Of a stretch of DNA of 64,000 nucleotides, positions 42,041 to 52,834 are shown piece after piece. The position numbers and the translations under genes were made by a program. A model generated the notes under the pieces. It did not search any database. It was not told the DNA's origin and was given only the letters and a program-made list of their open reading frames with translations. The DNA comes from Blastocladiella emersonii ATCC 22665 (lineage: Eukaryota; Fungi; Blastocladiomycota): NCBI GenBank assembly GCA_025594325.1, contig JANHCV010000010.1, positions 992,001 through 1,056,000 on the forward strand, read 5' to 3'. How positions within the stretch are numbered: position 1 is the first letter of the stretch; the number at the start of each line of letters is the position of its first letter.

Positions 42041-43119
42041 GGTTGGATCTGGACACGGGGGAGTGGAGAGTACGGTGAGCGAGGGTTTCTCGAGGAGCGC
42101 ACGCGGGACGGGCGGCGTACATGAGGAGGTGCCGTGCAGGCGGCTAACGCAAAAATGCAATCAACGAGGCGGGGAGGGCGTGGGAGGGGGGAGAGTGGAT
42201 GGCGGGGACGCCGGCTGATGAACTCGAGAGCGCGGACGGGTTGCGTGCGGTGGCGGCGGCCGATGGCGGCGAGACACGGGAGACGGTTTTGCGTGTGGAG
42301 CGGGCGGGGCGGCGAAGGTGCGCCGAGAAACGTGTTGGAAGCAGCAGCACGAGAGCGTGCGTGTGGATGAAGTCTTGGGAGAGGGTGGGCGCGGGGGCGG
42401 CGAGGTTTTGAGCGCGCGCGGCGGGTCGTGCACGAAATGCGGGCGGCCGCGGTCCGTGGAAGTCGAAGTTTCTACGCGGGCGGTGGAAGCGCTGATTGGT
42501 CAGATCGACTGGTTTTCCTAGCGCCCTGCGCGATGCACGTTTTTGCCCGCGGCCGGTGTGGCGCCCCGCCGGCCGCCGCCACGTTTTCGACGTCGCAGCC
42601 ACCACACGTTCTCGCTGCGCCTCGCCCCGCATCGGGCAGTGCTTGCAATCCGGGCACCTGCAGAAGCGGCGTGGACGCGGTCTGGAAGGCGCGGAGAACG
42701 CGGTGACGCAGCGCTGGTGCCCCCCGCTGTCCGCGTCGCGCGCACGCTCTCCGCTCCAATTCCTCGCTGCCAAGGCGTCGCGCGGAATGCGGGGGTGTTC
42801 GCTCCACCACGGGAGACACGGTCGGTCAGCTGCCCGCGCTTGCGCACCGATCCGTCATCCTGGAACCCTTCGAGAAGCGCGGCCCTCGTTGAGGTTCCCG
42901 CCTTCCATCTGCGCGCGGCGACGGGGCCCCCGCTCGCCCCGCGTCGCTCATCGCCTGCATCGCCGATCCCCGCCCGCCTCACCCCTCTCGCCGTGCGCAG
43001 GCACTCGAGCGCGTTCATGCAGAAGTGGATCGTGTATCAATGTCACCTGAGCGTTTCAGGAACGCGCTCGGGTCGAAGTGGAAGTTCATCTTCGGCAACG
43101 TCGCGTCGCGTCGCGTGCG

Positions 43120-44259
43120 TCAGCGGCCGCGTTCCTCGGATGCAGCGTCGGATACGCGGGCCGGGGCCGCGGGTATCGCGGCCGGACCCGCCGCGGGACA
43201 CGCGCACGGCGACCCGCACTCGGCGTACCTCGCCCACCCCTGCTCGATAGCCTCGGGCGTGAGGCTGTGCAGGAGTACGAGCTCGCGCGCGCGCTGCTGC
43301 TTCTTGCCGTCGCCGCAGACCGTATCGGGGACCGTGGCGTGCTTGCGGCCGTGCTTGGACAGGAGCGGGAGGAACTGGTCGTTGCGCGCGACCTGGTCGA
43401 CGTGGGCGCCGGCGACCCACACGCCGAGCATCGCGTCCTCGTTGGGCATCGCGCGGAGCCACCCGCCCGCGTACTGCTTGCCGACCCACTCGACCACGTC
43501 GCGCGACGCCGCGAACCCGGCCCCCGCCATGTACGTCGGGTACGTGTCGCCCGGGTACACGGTGTTGGCCCACGCGCCCGTCCGCATCACGCGGTTGCTC
43601 GCGTACTTGTGGCCCACGAGCGCGCGCCGCGGCGCGATCCCCGCTAGCGTGCGCCGCAGCGCGCGAGGGAACACGAGCGTGTCGCCGTCGGCCTTGACGA
43701 TCCACTGCACCCCCGCCGGCGCGTGCGCCGCGATCGCCGCGTATGCCGCGCCCATCTTCTCCGACAGCTCCAGGTACCCGTCGGCCGCGTCCACCTCGAC
43801 GTGCGCGCCGTCGCCCAGCAGCCGCGGCGCGCGGAGCGGCGGGCGCGCCGTCGCGTTGGCCCGACCGACAATGTACGCGAGGCACATGTGGTGCGAGCGC
43901 AGGACCGCGGGAGACGCCCACGTCTGCTGCAGCGCGGCCCGCACGCGCCGCGTCTTGGCGAGGTCCGCCGTCATGGGGATCACGACCAGCGTGTCGATGC
44001 CCGGCTCATAGCACGGCGCAGGGAACACTCGGGCGGCGGGTACGGGTTCGCGTGCTTGAGCTGAAGCAAGGACAGCCGCCGATGGGGCCTCGTCGGCGAC
44101 CATGGGCACGTTGAGCGACGCGAGCGCCATGAACGCGACCAGCGCGAGCACGCCCAGCGCGCACCACGGGTGCAGGAACGCGATCCGGTGCGCCGCGTGG
44201 CTCAGCGTGCGCCGGAAACGCGACGCTGTCGGAAAGTGCTTGGGCAGCAGCGGATCCAT
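43120..44259 (-). CDS. GT31 (beta-1,3-galactosyltransferase-like) type II membrane glycosyltransferase
   Basis: N-terminal TM helix, RAALQQTW, WIVKADGDT (DxD), YPTYMAGAGF and EDAMLGVW motifs. Likely ATG at 44259. Confidence 0.85.
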   Translation of the reverse strand: MDPLLPKHFPTASRFRRTLSHAAHRIAFLHPWCALGVLALVAFMALASLNVPMVADEAPSAAVLASAQAREPVPAARVFPAPCYEPGIDTLVVIPMTADLAKTRRVRAALQQTWASPAVLRSHHMCLAYIVGRANATARPPLRAPRLLGDGAHVEVDAADGYLELSEKMGAAYAAIAAHAPAGVQWIVKADGDTLVFPRALRRTLAGIAPRRALVGHKYASNRVMRTGAWANTVYPGDTYPTYMAGAGFAASRDVVEWVGKQYAGGWLRAMPNEDAMLGVWVAGAHVDQVARNDQFLPLLSKHGRKHATVPDTVCGDGKKQQRARELVLLHSLTPEAIEQGWARYAECGSPCACPAAGPAAIPAAPARVSDAASEERGR

Positions 44260-44580
44260 GGTCGTGTGCCTTGGTCGTTGCGAGGGAGAGAGAGACGCGG
44301 TCCCGGGCTCATGGTGCCGTCCTGGCCGCTTTTCATGTGGTCCCGGCCGTGTGCCGGGCGCAGTCCGGTGCCAAGAACGGACGGACGAGAAGGGCGGGGG
44401 CAGTCGTTGCTTGTTCGTTCGTGGCGCGACGCGCGACGCGTCCCTCGTGTTCAAGCGCACGGGAGCGGGAGACGAGATTGCGCCGCAGCGACAGCCGTGG
44501 CACCGCGCTCACCTGCTGGGCGGAAACCAGCCGGCTTGGCGGGAAGCGAGTCGCTCCGTTCGCTCTCTCCCACCACTACC

Positions 44581-46104
44581 ATGAAGCCTGCCATGAAGCG
44601 AATGAAACGCCGCAACTTGTCGCAACGGGCCGACCGCCCACGCTTGCCTTATGAAGTGGTCGAGGAGATTCTCATCCAAGCCTTCTTCTTGCTCGACCCG
44701 CATGACGCCGATCCGCTCCCGCTCTTGCGCGTTCTTCCTGGCGCCGATCGTCTTCGCCGCGCCGCGTGCCTCTGCTTGCTCCGCGACCAGATTTTGCCCA
44801 TCTTCGAGCTGGAGTGTGCGGCTCTTCGCCATTGGATTCTCGAGCGCTACCCGACCCTCGACTACGAAGACGAGGAAGCCAATTACCTTCGCCTGTGTTG
44901 TGCCGCCGGGCGTGTCGACTTGCTCGATGCCTTGTGGTCGGGCATGGAGTCAGTCGAGTGGGATGGCTTGGTCGAGTTGATCGATACCCCGTCCCTGGCC
45001 GACCTTGCGTCCGTGAACGCTCACATCGACGTTCTCAATTGGCTTGAAAAGCACGATCTCGCTGAAGACCTCTCGGAGGACGCAATCAGCGAGGTGCTTC
45101 TTCAAGAACACGTCAAAATCCTGGACTTTTGGAGCGAGCGCGACGTCGAGATTCCTGACGATGCCTTGGAAACCGCCATCAAGAACGACAACGGCTACTC
45201 GGTCGCTTGGCTTTGCTTCCGCGAAAAGTTTGAAGACCAAGCGAGCGAAGTCCCGCAGCTCGCGCTCAAAGCCGGGAGCGTGGATGTCATTGACAAGTAC
45301 CACTTGGTCTGTGGCGAAGACTGGTGGGAGGACTCGGTTGATTGGATCAGCGCTGTCGAGAGCGCCGTTTGCCAAAAGCATTTTCATGTCCTCGAGTGCA
45401 TTTATGAAGAAGTCGCGAACATGGGCAACCGTTGCAACGACTACTTTTTCCTAACTCACTCAAAAGACTTGACCGACGCCATCGACGAGATGCGCGGCGT
45501 GCTTTGCGACTCGGAGACGTGGGACACGCTCCTCTGGGTGCACGCGCTCGAGTTTGCCATCGAGCTCAACGACAAGAGCGTTATTGACTGGATCCGCAAT
45601 CGCGTCTATGACGTTTCCGCGTCAGCGATCAAGCGCGCGAGTCGAACCAACAACCTCGACCTTCTCAACTGGTACCTTAAGAACTTGAGCGAGGACGAGT
45701 TTGTCTGCCCAGACACCTTGGGGTCGTTGGATCCCGAAACCTACAACGGGGGAGCCCTCGCGCGCTTGGACTGGTGGCTCCAATCTGGCCACGAGCTCAA
45801 GTACACTTACAAATCCATCCGTCGGATTTTGACCAATGGGCACGACCAAGCGATTGTACAATGGTGGCGCTCGCACGTCCGCGAACTCTCTTTCCAAGGA
45901 GACGCTGGCGAGTTCGACAGGCTCCTCGCCGAGTTCCCCAAAATTGATTTCTACCCTTCAAGTGACGAGAGCGACAGCGCTGATGACCAAGCTGGCAGCG
46001 AGGACGACGACGAGAGTGACAGCGCTGATGACCAAGATGACAGCGAGGACGAAAATGAATGCGACAGCGCTGATGACGAAGATGATGGCGAGGATGATGA
46101 GTAG
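44581..46104 (+). CDS. F-box-like + degenerate ankyrin-repeat protein, acidic tail (unit 1)
   Basis: RLPYEVVEEILIQA followed by repeats such as ASVNAHIDVLNWL, AIKNDNGYSVAWL and ASRTNNLDLLNWY. Intronless. Confidence 0.85.
   Translation: MKPAMKRMKRRNLSQRADRPRLPYEVVEEILIQAFFLLDPHDADPLPLLRVLPGADRLRRAACLCLLRDQILPIFELECAALRHWILERYPTLDYEDEEANYLRLCCAAGRVDLLDALWSGMESVEWDGLVELIDTPSLADLASVNAHIDVLNWLEKHDLAEDLSEDAISEVLLQEHVKILDFWSERDVEIPDDALETAIKNDNGYSVAWLCFREKFEDQASEVPQLALKAGSVDVIDKYHLVCGEDWWEDSVDWISAVESAVCQKHFHVLECIYEEVANMGNRCNDYFFLTHSKDLTDAIDEMRGVLCDSETWDTLLWVHALEFAIELNDKSVIDWIRNRVYDVSASAIKRASRTNNLDLLNWYLKNLSEDEFVCPDTLGSLDPETYNGGALARLDWWLQSGHELKYTYKSIRRILTNGHDQAIVQWWRSHVRELSFQGDAGEFDRLLAEFPKIDFYPSSDESDSADDQAGSEDDDESDSADDQDDSEDENECDSADDEDDGEDDE
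45973..46104 (+). repeat. 45-nt coding tandem repeat x3 (acidic tail)
   Basis: gacagcgctgatgac at 45973, 46018 and 46063 (15-aa period, DSADD...). Confidence 0.9.
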
Positions 46105-47151
46105 ACGCGTATTTGTTGCGTATTATATCGGTTTCCATGTTTCCTCGCTTGATTTCTGAGTGATCGACGCATGAGGCCCTCCAAGTTCAGCAGCGAATAC
46201 TGTGTCCATCATCACGAATCCTCCTCTCCTCTTTGAACTCACGGATGAAGCGATGACCACAAAGGTACTCGATCCACGCTGCCGTTGACGCACTCGAGGG
46301 CACGATTCTCGGTCGTTTGCACAGGCATGGAGCGCTCTCAATCCAGCCGAGGGCGCGTCGCTCATGATCAGGGAGCCGAGCGGCACATGATGCCGCTTGG
46401 GCGGTCCAATCAGAGAGTGCACGCGTTCTTAACGCGAGATCGTTGTGTTGTTCGGCCCACTCCTTTGGTAGAAATCTGGTCGTTCAGCGCTCCAACAACG
46501 AGCATAACTGCAAGCGCTGTCGCCCGCGACCAACACGTCGCATCGCCACGCGGCCATCACTGCCACTGCCACAAAGTCCACGCCTGTTAAAATCACGGCG
46601 AGGGGACGAGTACAGGCCGCGCTGCGTCATCGCCGAGCAGCCATAAACTCTCGATTCGCCTGCCCGAGACCGTGCGCGCAGAAACTATCGAGTCTGCGGC
46701 TACAACAACGGCGGCCGTGGACTACGGTCAGCGGCGGCCACCGAGCCCGTGAAGCGGGGCTGGTGGGTGCGATGCGACCTCGACCGCTTCCGCCGCTGAC
46801 CCCCGCCACGGACGTGCGCGGCCCTGCTCGTTCATTGCGCTCGCCACTCAGATCGCTGAAAAGAGCTGAGCTATGTCCGCTCTCCCGCGCAAACGGACGT
46901 AGAGCGACGAAACCATGTGGCTGCTCACAGATCGGTGCCAAGAACGGAACATACAATAAGGGAGAGAACAGGAGACACAGGAGACACGTTGCTTGCTCGT
47001 TGTACGGGTCGTGGCGCGACACGTCCCACGCGGTCGGGAGTCAAGATCGCGCCACAGCGACAGCCGTGGCACCGCGCTCACCTGTCGGGCGCAAACCAGC
47101 CGTCTTGACACAAAACGAGCCGCTCCCGATCGCTCTCTCCCGCCCACAGCC

Positions 47152-48588
47152 ATGAAACCTGCCATGAAGCAAATGAAATGCAGCGACTTGTCGCAAAGAA
47201 CCGACCGCCTACGCTTGCCTTATGAACTGGCCGAGGAAGTTCTCATCCATGCCATCTTGCTTGACCCGCGCGGGACCGACCCGCTGCCGCTCCTCCGCGT
47301 GCTACCCGGCGCCGATCGTCTTCGCCGCGTCGTGTTTCTCTGCTCGCTCCACGAGCGGATTTTGCACGTCTTCGAGCCGGAGGGCGCGACTCTTTGCGAC
47401 CAGATTCTCGAGCGCTACCCGACCATCGACTACCCAGACGAGGCAGCCAATTACCTTCGTCTCTGCTGTGCCGCTGGGCGTGTCGACTTGCTTGATGCCT
47501 TAGACTCAATGTGGGATGTGGATTGGAAGTTGGAGTGGGATGACCTGGTCCAGTCGATCAGTGCCCCGTACCCAGCTGATATTGCGTCCGTGCACGCTCA
47601 CATCGACGTTCTCAATTGGCTTGAAAATCACGACCTCATTGATGCCCACACGGAGCGCGCTGTCGACGAGGCCCTTCGTCTCGAGCGCATCGACGTCCTG
47701 GACTTTTGGAGCGACTCCAACGTCAAGGTGCCTTACGATGCGTTGGAAACGGCCATCGAAAACGGCAAAAGTCACTTGGTTAACTGGCTTTGCGGCCGCA
47801 AAGACTTTGAAGACCGAGTGGGCGAAGTCCCCCAGCTCGCTCTCGAAGCTGGGAGCATGGATGTCCTCGACAAGTTTTATATGCTCGACGAGGAAAACCC
47901 ATGGGAAGACATGGTTGACTGGACCAGCGTCGTCAAGAGCGCCATCCGCCGGAAGCACTTACATGTACTCGATTATGTTTTCAATTACGTCGAGCAGATC
48001 TACCTCTGCGACCGTGGCGATCTGGCGTATTACGACGCGCTTCGACCCAACGACTTTTATTCCAAGATGATCGAGCGCGAGCGCGAACGGTTTGAATCCA
48101 AGTCCCGCGACACTCGCTTTTGGATCGACGCTTTCGAGCTGGCCATTACTTCCGAGGACGGCGGCGTTCTCGACTGCCTCTACCGTCACCTCAACGAGCG
48201 CAAAAACTTTTGGGCGGCGGCCATCAGCCGAGCGAGTCGGACCAACAACCTTGTTGCACTCGATTGGTACCTTGTGCATCTGAGCGAGGACAAGTTTGTG
48301 TGCCCAAGTTCATGGGGAACCCTTGATCCCAAGCTCAAGAACGACGCTACTATTGCTCGCTTGGATTGGTGGTTCCATACCGGATTTCGCCTCGAGTACA
48401 CGTACAAGTCGATCCGCCGGACTTTGACAATGGAATCGGACCAAGAGATTGTCCAGTGGTGGCGTGTGCATCTCCACGAGCTCTCCTTCTGTGGAGACGC
48501 GTACGATTTTGACAAGCTCGTCGCTGAGTTCCCCGACATTGATTTCCACCTGTCAAGCGATGAAGATGATGACCAAGACGATGAGTAG
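47152..48588 (+). CDS. F-box-like + degenerate ankyrin-repeat protein (unit 2)
   Basis: Colinear paralog of 44581 (MKPAMKQMK..RLPYELAEEVL..ASVHAHIDVLNWL..ASRTNNLVALDWY). Confidence 0.85.
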   Translation: MKPAMKQMKCSDLSQRTDRLRLPYELAEEVLIHAILLDPRGTDPLPLLRVLPGADRLRRVVFLCSLHERILHVFEPEGATLCDQILERYPTIDYPDEAANYLRLCCAAGRVDLLDALDSMWDVDWKLEWDDLVQSISAPYPADIASVHAHIDVLNWLENHDLIDAHTERAVDEALRLERIDVLDFWSDSNVKVPYDALETAIENGKSHLVNWLCGRKDFEDRVGEVPQLALEAGSMDVLDKFYMLDEENPWEDMVDWTSVVKSAIRRKHLHVLDYVFNYVEQIYLCDRGDLAYYDALRPNDFYSKMIERERERFESKSRDTRFWIDAFELAITSEDGGVLDCLYRHLNERKNFWAAAISRASRTNNLVALDWYLVHLSEDKFVCPSSWGTLDPKLKNDATIARLDWWFHTGFRLEYTYKSIRRTLTMESDQEIVQWWRVHLHELSFCGDAYDFDKLVAEFPDIDFHLSSDEDDDQDDE

Positions 48589-49707
48589 CCGCGTATTTGT
48601 TCGTTTATATATCTGTTTCCATCTTCTCTCTCGATTACTGAATGATTAACGCGTGAGGCCATCCAGGTTCAGCAACAGTAACTGGTCCGCGTTTGATCTC
48701 TCGGTGATGCCCGGCGGGATCAGCGCGATTCATGCGATGATGTGGGGTGCGGGCGCGGGGATCGGAGGTGGGGGCGGTGGGGGTGGAGGAGGTGGAGGAG
48801 GAGGGTCTGCGGGGATTGATGGCGGGGGATGGTAGGGTGAATGTAGCAACAGTTTTGGCTCAAAGAAACCTAGAACTTGAGCAGTAACGGGAGGGGCAGA
48901 GAATGAGGCGTGCACGTGATATGACCGGCGCGTCGGTCGAGCTAGCCTTGCGGGGAGCCCACTCACTCACACATCAAGATCGCTTTCCAACGCGATGCTA
49001 GCACAAACCACGGCTCGCAGCGCCGGAAATCCAGCTGGAGTTTGCTGTCTAGAGGCCGGGATCACCACGATCGCAACCCCAATCCAGTTGGAGCACGGAG
49101 GATTCACGCTCAAGCTCAGACGGCGACCGTTCGATTCAGAGCAGCGTTCTAAGCAAAGCCTCGAGAAAGAGTGCTTGAAAGGCGTTGTAGATCACGCATT
49201 TGACTGAACGCCCGCCGAGGCAGGCGTTGGCTCGATCTCGTTAAGGGAAAAAAGCCATGTGACGCGTTCGCTCGACCCACCCTTCCCGCCTTACCTGAGC
49301 GCACTCGGTCTGTTCTTGCGCGTGCACGAGTCCGACTGGGTCCCCACATTTCTTGTACTGTGGCCCTAAGTGCCCTTTATACAGTAACAGTAGCAGCGCC
49401 CGCTGTCTCGAATCCTCTTTCCCTCTCAAACTCACGGATCAAGCGATGACCACAAAGGTATGCTCGATCCGCATCACTAAAAACCGATGTGCCCGAGAGC
49501 ACGATTCTTGGTCGTTCGGACGGACATGGAACGGTTACGATCCAGTTCCGCCGTGCTCAATCCTGGCGGAGCATCAGGCGCTGGGCGCGGCCGCATGATC
49601 GCCACGCATCCCTCTACTCTCGAGTCGGTCGCCCAAAACCGTGCGCGTAGAGACCATCGAGTTTGTGGCTAGAACGACGATGGCCGTGGCCACGGCTCAG
49701 CCTGTTC

Positions 49708-50053
49708 GTGGCGCGACGCGCGACGCGTCCCACGCGACCAGGAGACAGGATCGCGCCACAGCGACAGCCGTGGAACCGCGCTCACCTGTCGGGCGCAAAG
49801 CAGCCAAGGCCCTCCGTTGGACTTTGACCCAGGAATGGGACCAGGCGATCGTTCGAAGGTGGCGCTCGTACGTCCGCGAGCTCTCGGTCTGCGGGTGCGC
49901 CGACGATTTTGATTAACTCGTCGCCTTGTTTCCCGATCTCGTTTTCTTCCGATTGAGCGGCAAGAGCGACAGCGCTGATGGTAAAGATGATGATGAAGGT
50001 CATGATGAGGACGGCAGCGTTGATGCTGAAGATGATCACGAGAACAATGAGTA
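49708..50053 (+). pseudogene. Deletion relic of the F-box/ankyrin gene (unit 3)
   Basis: The upstream block joins directly to the 3' end of the CDS (LTQEWDQAIVRRWRSYVRELSVCG.ADDFD*). The ATG and about 1.3 kb are missing and there is an in-frame stop. Confidence 0.85.
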
Positions 50054-50299
50054 GACGCGTATTTGTTGCTTAATATATCGGTTTCCATGTTTTCTCTCTC
50101 GATCTTTGACTGGTGAAGGTATATGGGCCGTTTGGGTTCAGCAACAACGGCCGCCGTTGCGAATCCCGTCTCACTCGTTGGTCGCGCGGATGAAGCGACT
50201 CTCATAAAGGTTCTCAATCTACGCTGCCGTCGATGCGCCCAAGAGCGAGTTTGTGCCGACTGGATGCGCATGGAACGTTCGCGTCCCAGATCCAGTCGA

Positions 50300-51877
50300 G
50301 GGCGCGACGCTCACAATCCAGCAGCCAGCTGACGGTCCTCTTCGCGTGTTCCAGAGCAAGCGTAGTGAGCTCGATTTCGCGTGCGACGCGTCGCATGACC
50401 TCGACTAGCTCTTGTACGACACCATCAACGTCAAGAACCTCGTGCACAGCCGCGGCCCACACAATTTCATGTAGCTCGCTGGCCACGAGTAGTTCAACAT
50501 CGACTCGTCGGTGACGCAGGCGCTGCGCGTGCCCGTTCAGGTCTCGCGCAAGGGCACAACCTTGCGGCCGTCGTCTGACGCGCCGTTCGCCGTGAAGGAG
50601 GGGCATGAGCTCATCTCGCTCCTCGGGTGGAAGCGTAAGGATCGCTTTCTCACCGCGTACAAACACACAAGTACGTGCACGGCCCCGTCATCAACGACTA
50701 CGACGACCGACACCATGTGAACGCCAAACTGCCCATTTTCGACGATGACCTGCCGCTGCCCGCAACGGCCGCCGACACGGGTCTGATCACCATCAAGGCC
50801 AAGATCACCAACCATGCCAAGTCGGTCGAGTGGTTCCTCATCTTCATTTTCAACGAGCTCGACAGCGTCCAGTGCGGCTACGTCATCGCCCTGCACTACG
50901 CCGACGGGTCGCAGGAAAAGCAGAGCAAGCGCGTGCAGCGGATAGCCGAGCGCAAGCAGGAGCGGGCGGCGCGCAACGAGCAGCAGAATACCGCCGAGCT
51001 CGTCATCGTGGAGCCCGCGCAGCAGCTCGTCGTCAACCCCGCCAACGCGGACCCCAAGCAGCAGCCCGTCGCGCTCGGCGCCGCGGATCCTGTCGATTCT
51101 GGCGCACCGGTTCACGCCGAGGCGGGGACCACGCTCAGCGGGACACTCGCCGTTTCGTCGCTCCCGTTCGCGAGCGACGTGGAGCGGCTCGCGTCGCACG
51201 CCGGATTCTCGGTGCACGCCGCTGCCAAGGCTTCTGAGGGTACCTCACAGAACGGCGCCCGACTCAACAGGTCGGCCCAGCCAGCCACAAGCGGTACCCA
51301 CCACTACAGCGTCTTGTACAGCGTCCACAGCACCGTGCGCCCGACCCTCGTCCGCGTTGATCCCGCGTCTCCGTTTGACGATGACAAGGCGTGGAACGTG
51401 TTCGAGTCCGGCGAGGACGCGATGCTCATGATCCGGCACCCAGTCGGCACCACGGGCGAGCCCGAGTACCACACGGGCCGTCCAGTCATCGTGTGCGCGC
51501 TTTTGCCAAAGGACTTAGGTGCGTCGCTCAGCTCGCCGTGTCCTTACAAAAATCCTCGCTGACTGCACTCAGACAACGAGTACTGCCACAACCGCTTCGT
51601 CCCACTACGTCGCACGGCGACGCGGCGGCTCCAGGCGCTGGGCCAGCCCGTCCCGTCGGTGCCCAAGACCCGCAGGCCTCGCAAGGCGCCGGCCTGCACT
51701 CTCTGCAAGGTGACCGGCCACAACACCCAAACGTGCAAGCTCCCGCGCGGGTCGCCGACGCGGCCCGCCGCGCTCGATCACGACGACGCTACAGGCACCG
51801 AGCGCGGGCGTGGCCGCGCGTGCGGCAGTCGTCGAGGCTGCGGCCGCGGCCACGGGGTCGAGTTCGAGCTCCGCTAG
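50300..51877 (+). pseudogene. Disrupted ORF ending in a CCHC zinc knuckle; possible transposase-derived relic
   Basis: Coding-like frame with three in-frame TAG stops (about 50405-50495), a frameshift into ORF 50675-51562, a probable intron at about 51480-51573, then CTLCKVTGHNTQTC. Confidence 0.4.
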
Positions 51878-52185
51878 CTCGGCCGCCGGGTCCGCGCCAC
51901 GGGCCCGGTAGACGCGGCGCGAGTCAAGAAGTCCACGGTGACGATTCATTAGTTCTCATAGTTCATACAGAGCCGACTTTTGCGTGTGCGTGTGTGGAGC
52001 TCTGGACTTGTGCAGTGAAGAGTGCGAGGAGGAACCAAGTGTGGCGCACCGACCACCGACCTCCACCGCCGCCGCCGCCGCGCCCTGCTCCGCGCCCGCC
52101 CGCCGCCGCTCCCCACGCTCCCCTCATGGCAGGAAGAAGCGCGAAAGTCTGCCCGTTCTCCCCATCCCACGGACGAAGCAAAAAA

Positions 52186-52834
52186 ATGAAGGCTATCGCT
52201 GCTTACCTCCTCGCCGTCCTCGGTGGCAACGCCGCCCCCACGGCCTCCGACATCACCGCCATCCTCGCCTCGGTCGGCATCGACGCCGACGAGCAGGTCG
52301 AGAAGGTCATCGCTGAGCTCTCGGGCAAGAACATCGAGGAGGTCAGTAAGTTCTCGTCGCCGCCGTGACGGGCGTCTCGCGCGCGGATGGACTGCACGAC
52401 ACGACATGGCCGTTTTCACGGTGGAATGCTGGCCGGAACGCTCGTTGGCACGCTGAGCCATCCGCTGACCGGCGAGCCGGTTGCCGGCCGTCCGCTCCAG
52501 CATGCCACCGTGAAACGCTACAAGACCGCGCGCGGGCTGGCCAGCCTGAAACGCCGCCCCGCCGTGTCGCTGCAGTCGGCCCGCACGAGACGCCCCGCCA
52601 CGTCACCCCGCCACCTCTCGAATCCTGGTCCCTAACGCCGTTTCCCTCCCTCCCTGCGTTCAGATCATCGCTGAGGGCCAGACCAAGCTCGCCTCCGTCC
52701 CCGCTGGTGGCGCCGCCGTCGCCGCCGCTGGTGCCCCCGCCGCTGGTGGTGCCGCCGCCCCCGCTGCCGCCGAGGCTGAGCCCGAGCCCGAGTCCGAGGA
52801 GGACGACGACATGGGCTTCGGTCTCTTCGACTAA
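52186..52834 (+). CDS. RPLP2: 60S acidic ribosomal protein P2, 2 exons
   Basis: [14 protein letters not shown]...LSGKNIEE, intron 52342-52663, then [13 protein letters not shown]...[12 protein letters not shown]. Confidence 0.97.
52365..52606 (+). ncRNA. Candidate structured intronic RNA in RPLP2 (class unassigned)
   Basis: Nested complementarities: 52370-52379/52586-52595 (10 bp), 52378-52386/52526-52534 (9 bp) and 52411-52432/52497-52517 (~21 bp). ANANNA at 52399-52404 and ACA at 52520-52522 flank the long hairpin. Confidence 0.4.

Larger units (their letters stand above)
44421..50200 (+). repeat. Tandem segmental triplication (units start at about 44421, 47011 and 49708)
   Basis: Each unit starts with a shared upstream block (gtggcgcgac...cacagcgacagccgtgg.accgcgctcacctg) and shares the post-stop block (tag.cgcgtatttgtt...gtttccat). 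46230-46400 also matches 49410-49600. Confidence 0.9.

Noticed and set aside
48770-48830. Poly-proline ORF 48730-48966 as a gene
   Set aside because: Short, no convincing start or domain, and explained by a G-rich simple repeat inside an insertion in the tandem unit.
50400-50500. RIP-like CpA-to-TpA mutation, suggested by three TAG stops
   Set aside because: Only three sites with unknown ancestral codons, and RIP is not established in this lineage.
52134-52160. RNase P/MRP CR-I-like GAAAGTC upstream of RPLP2
   Set aside because: No matching CR-V or P4 partner found; it is only a short word.
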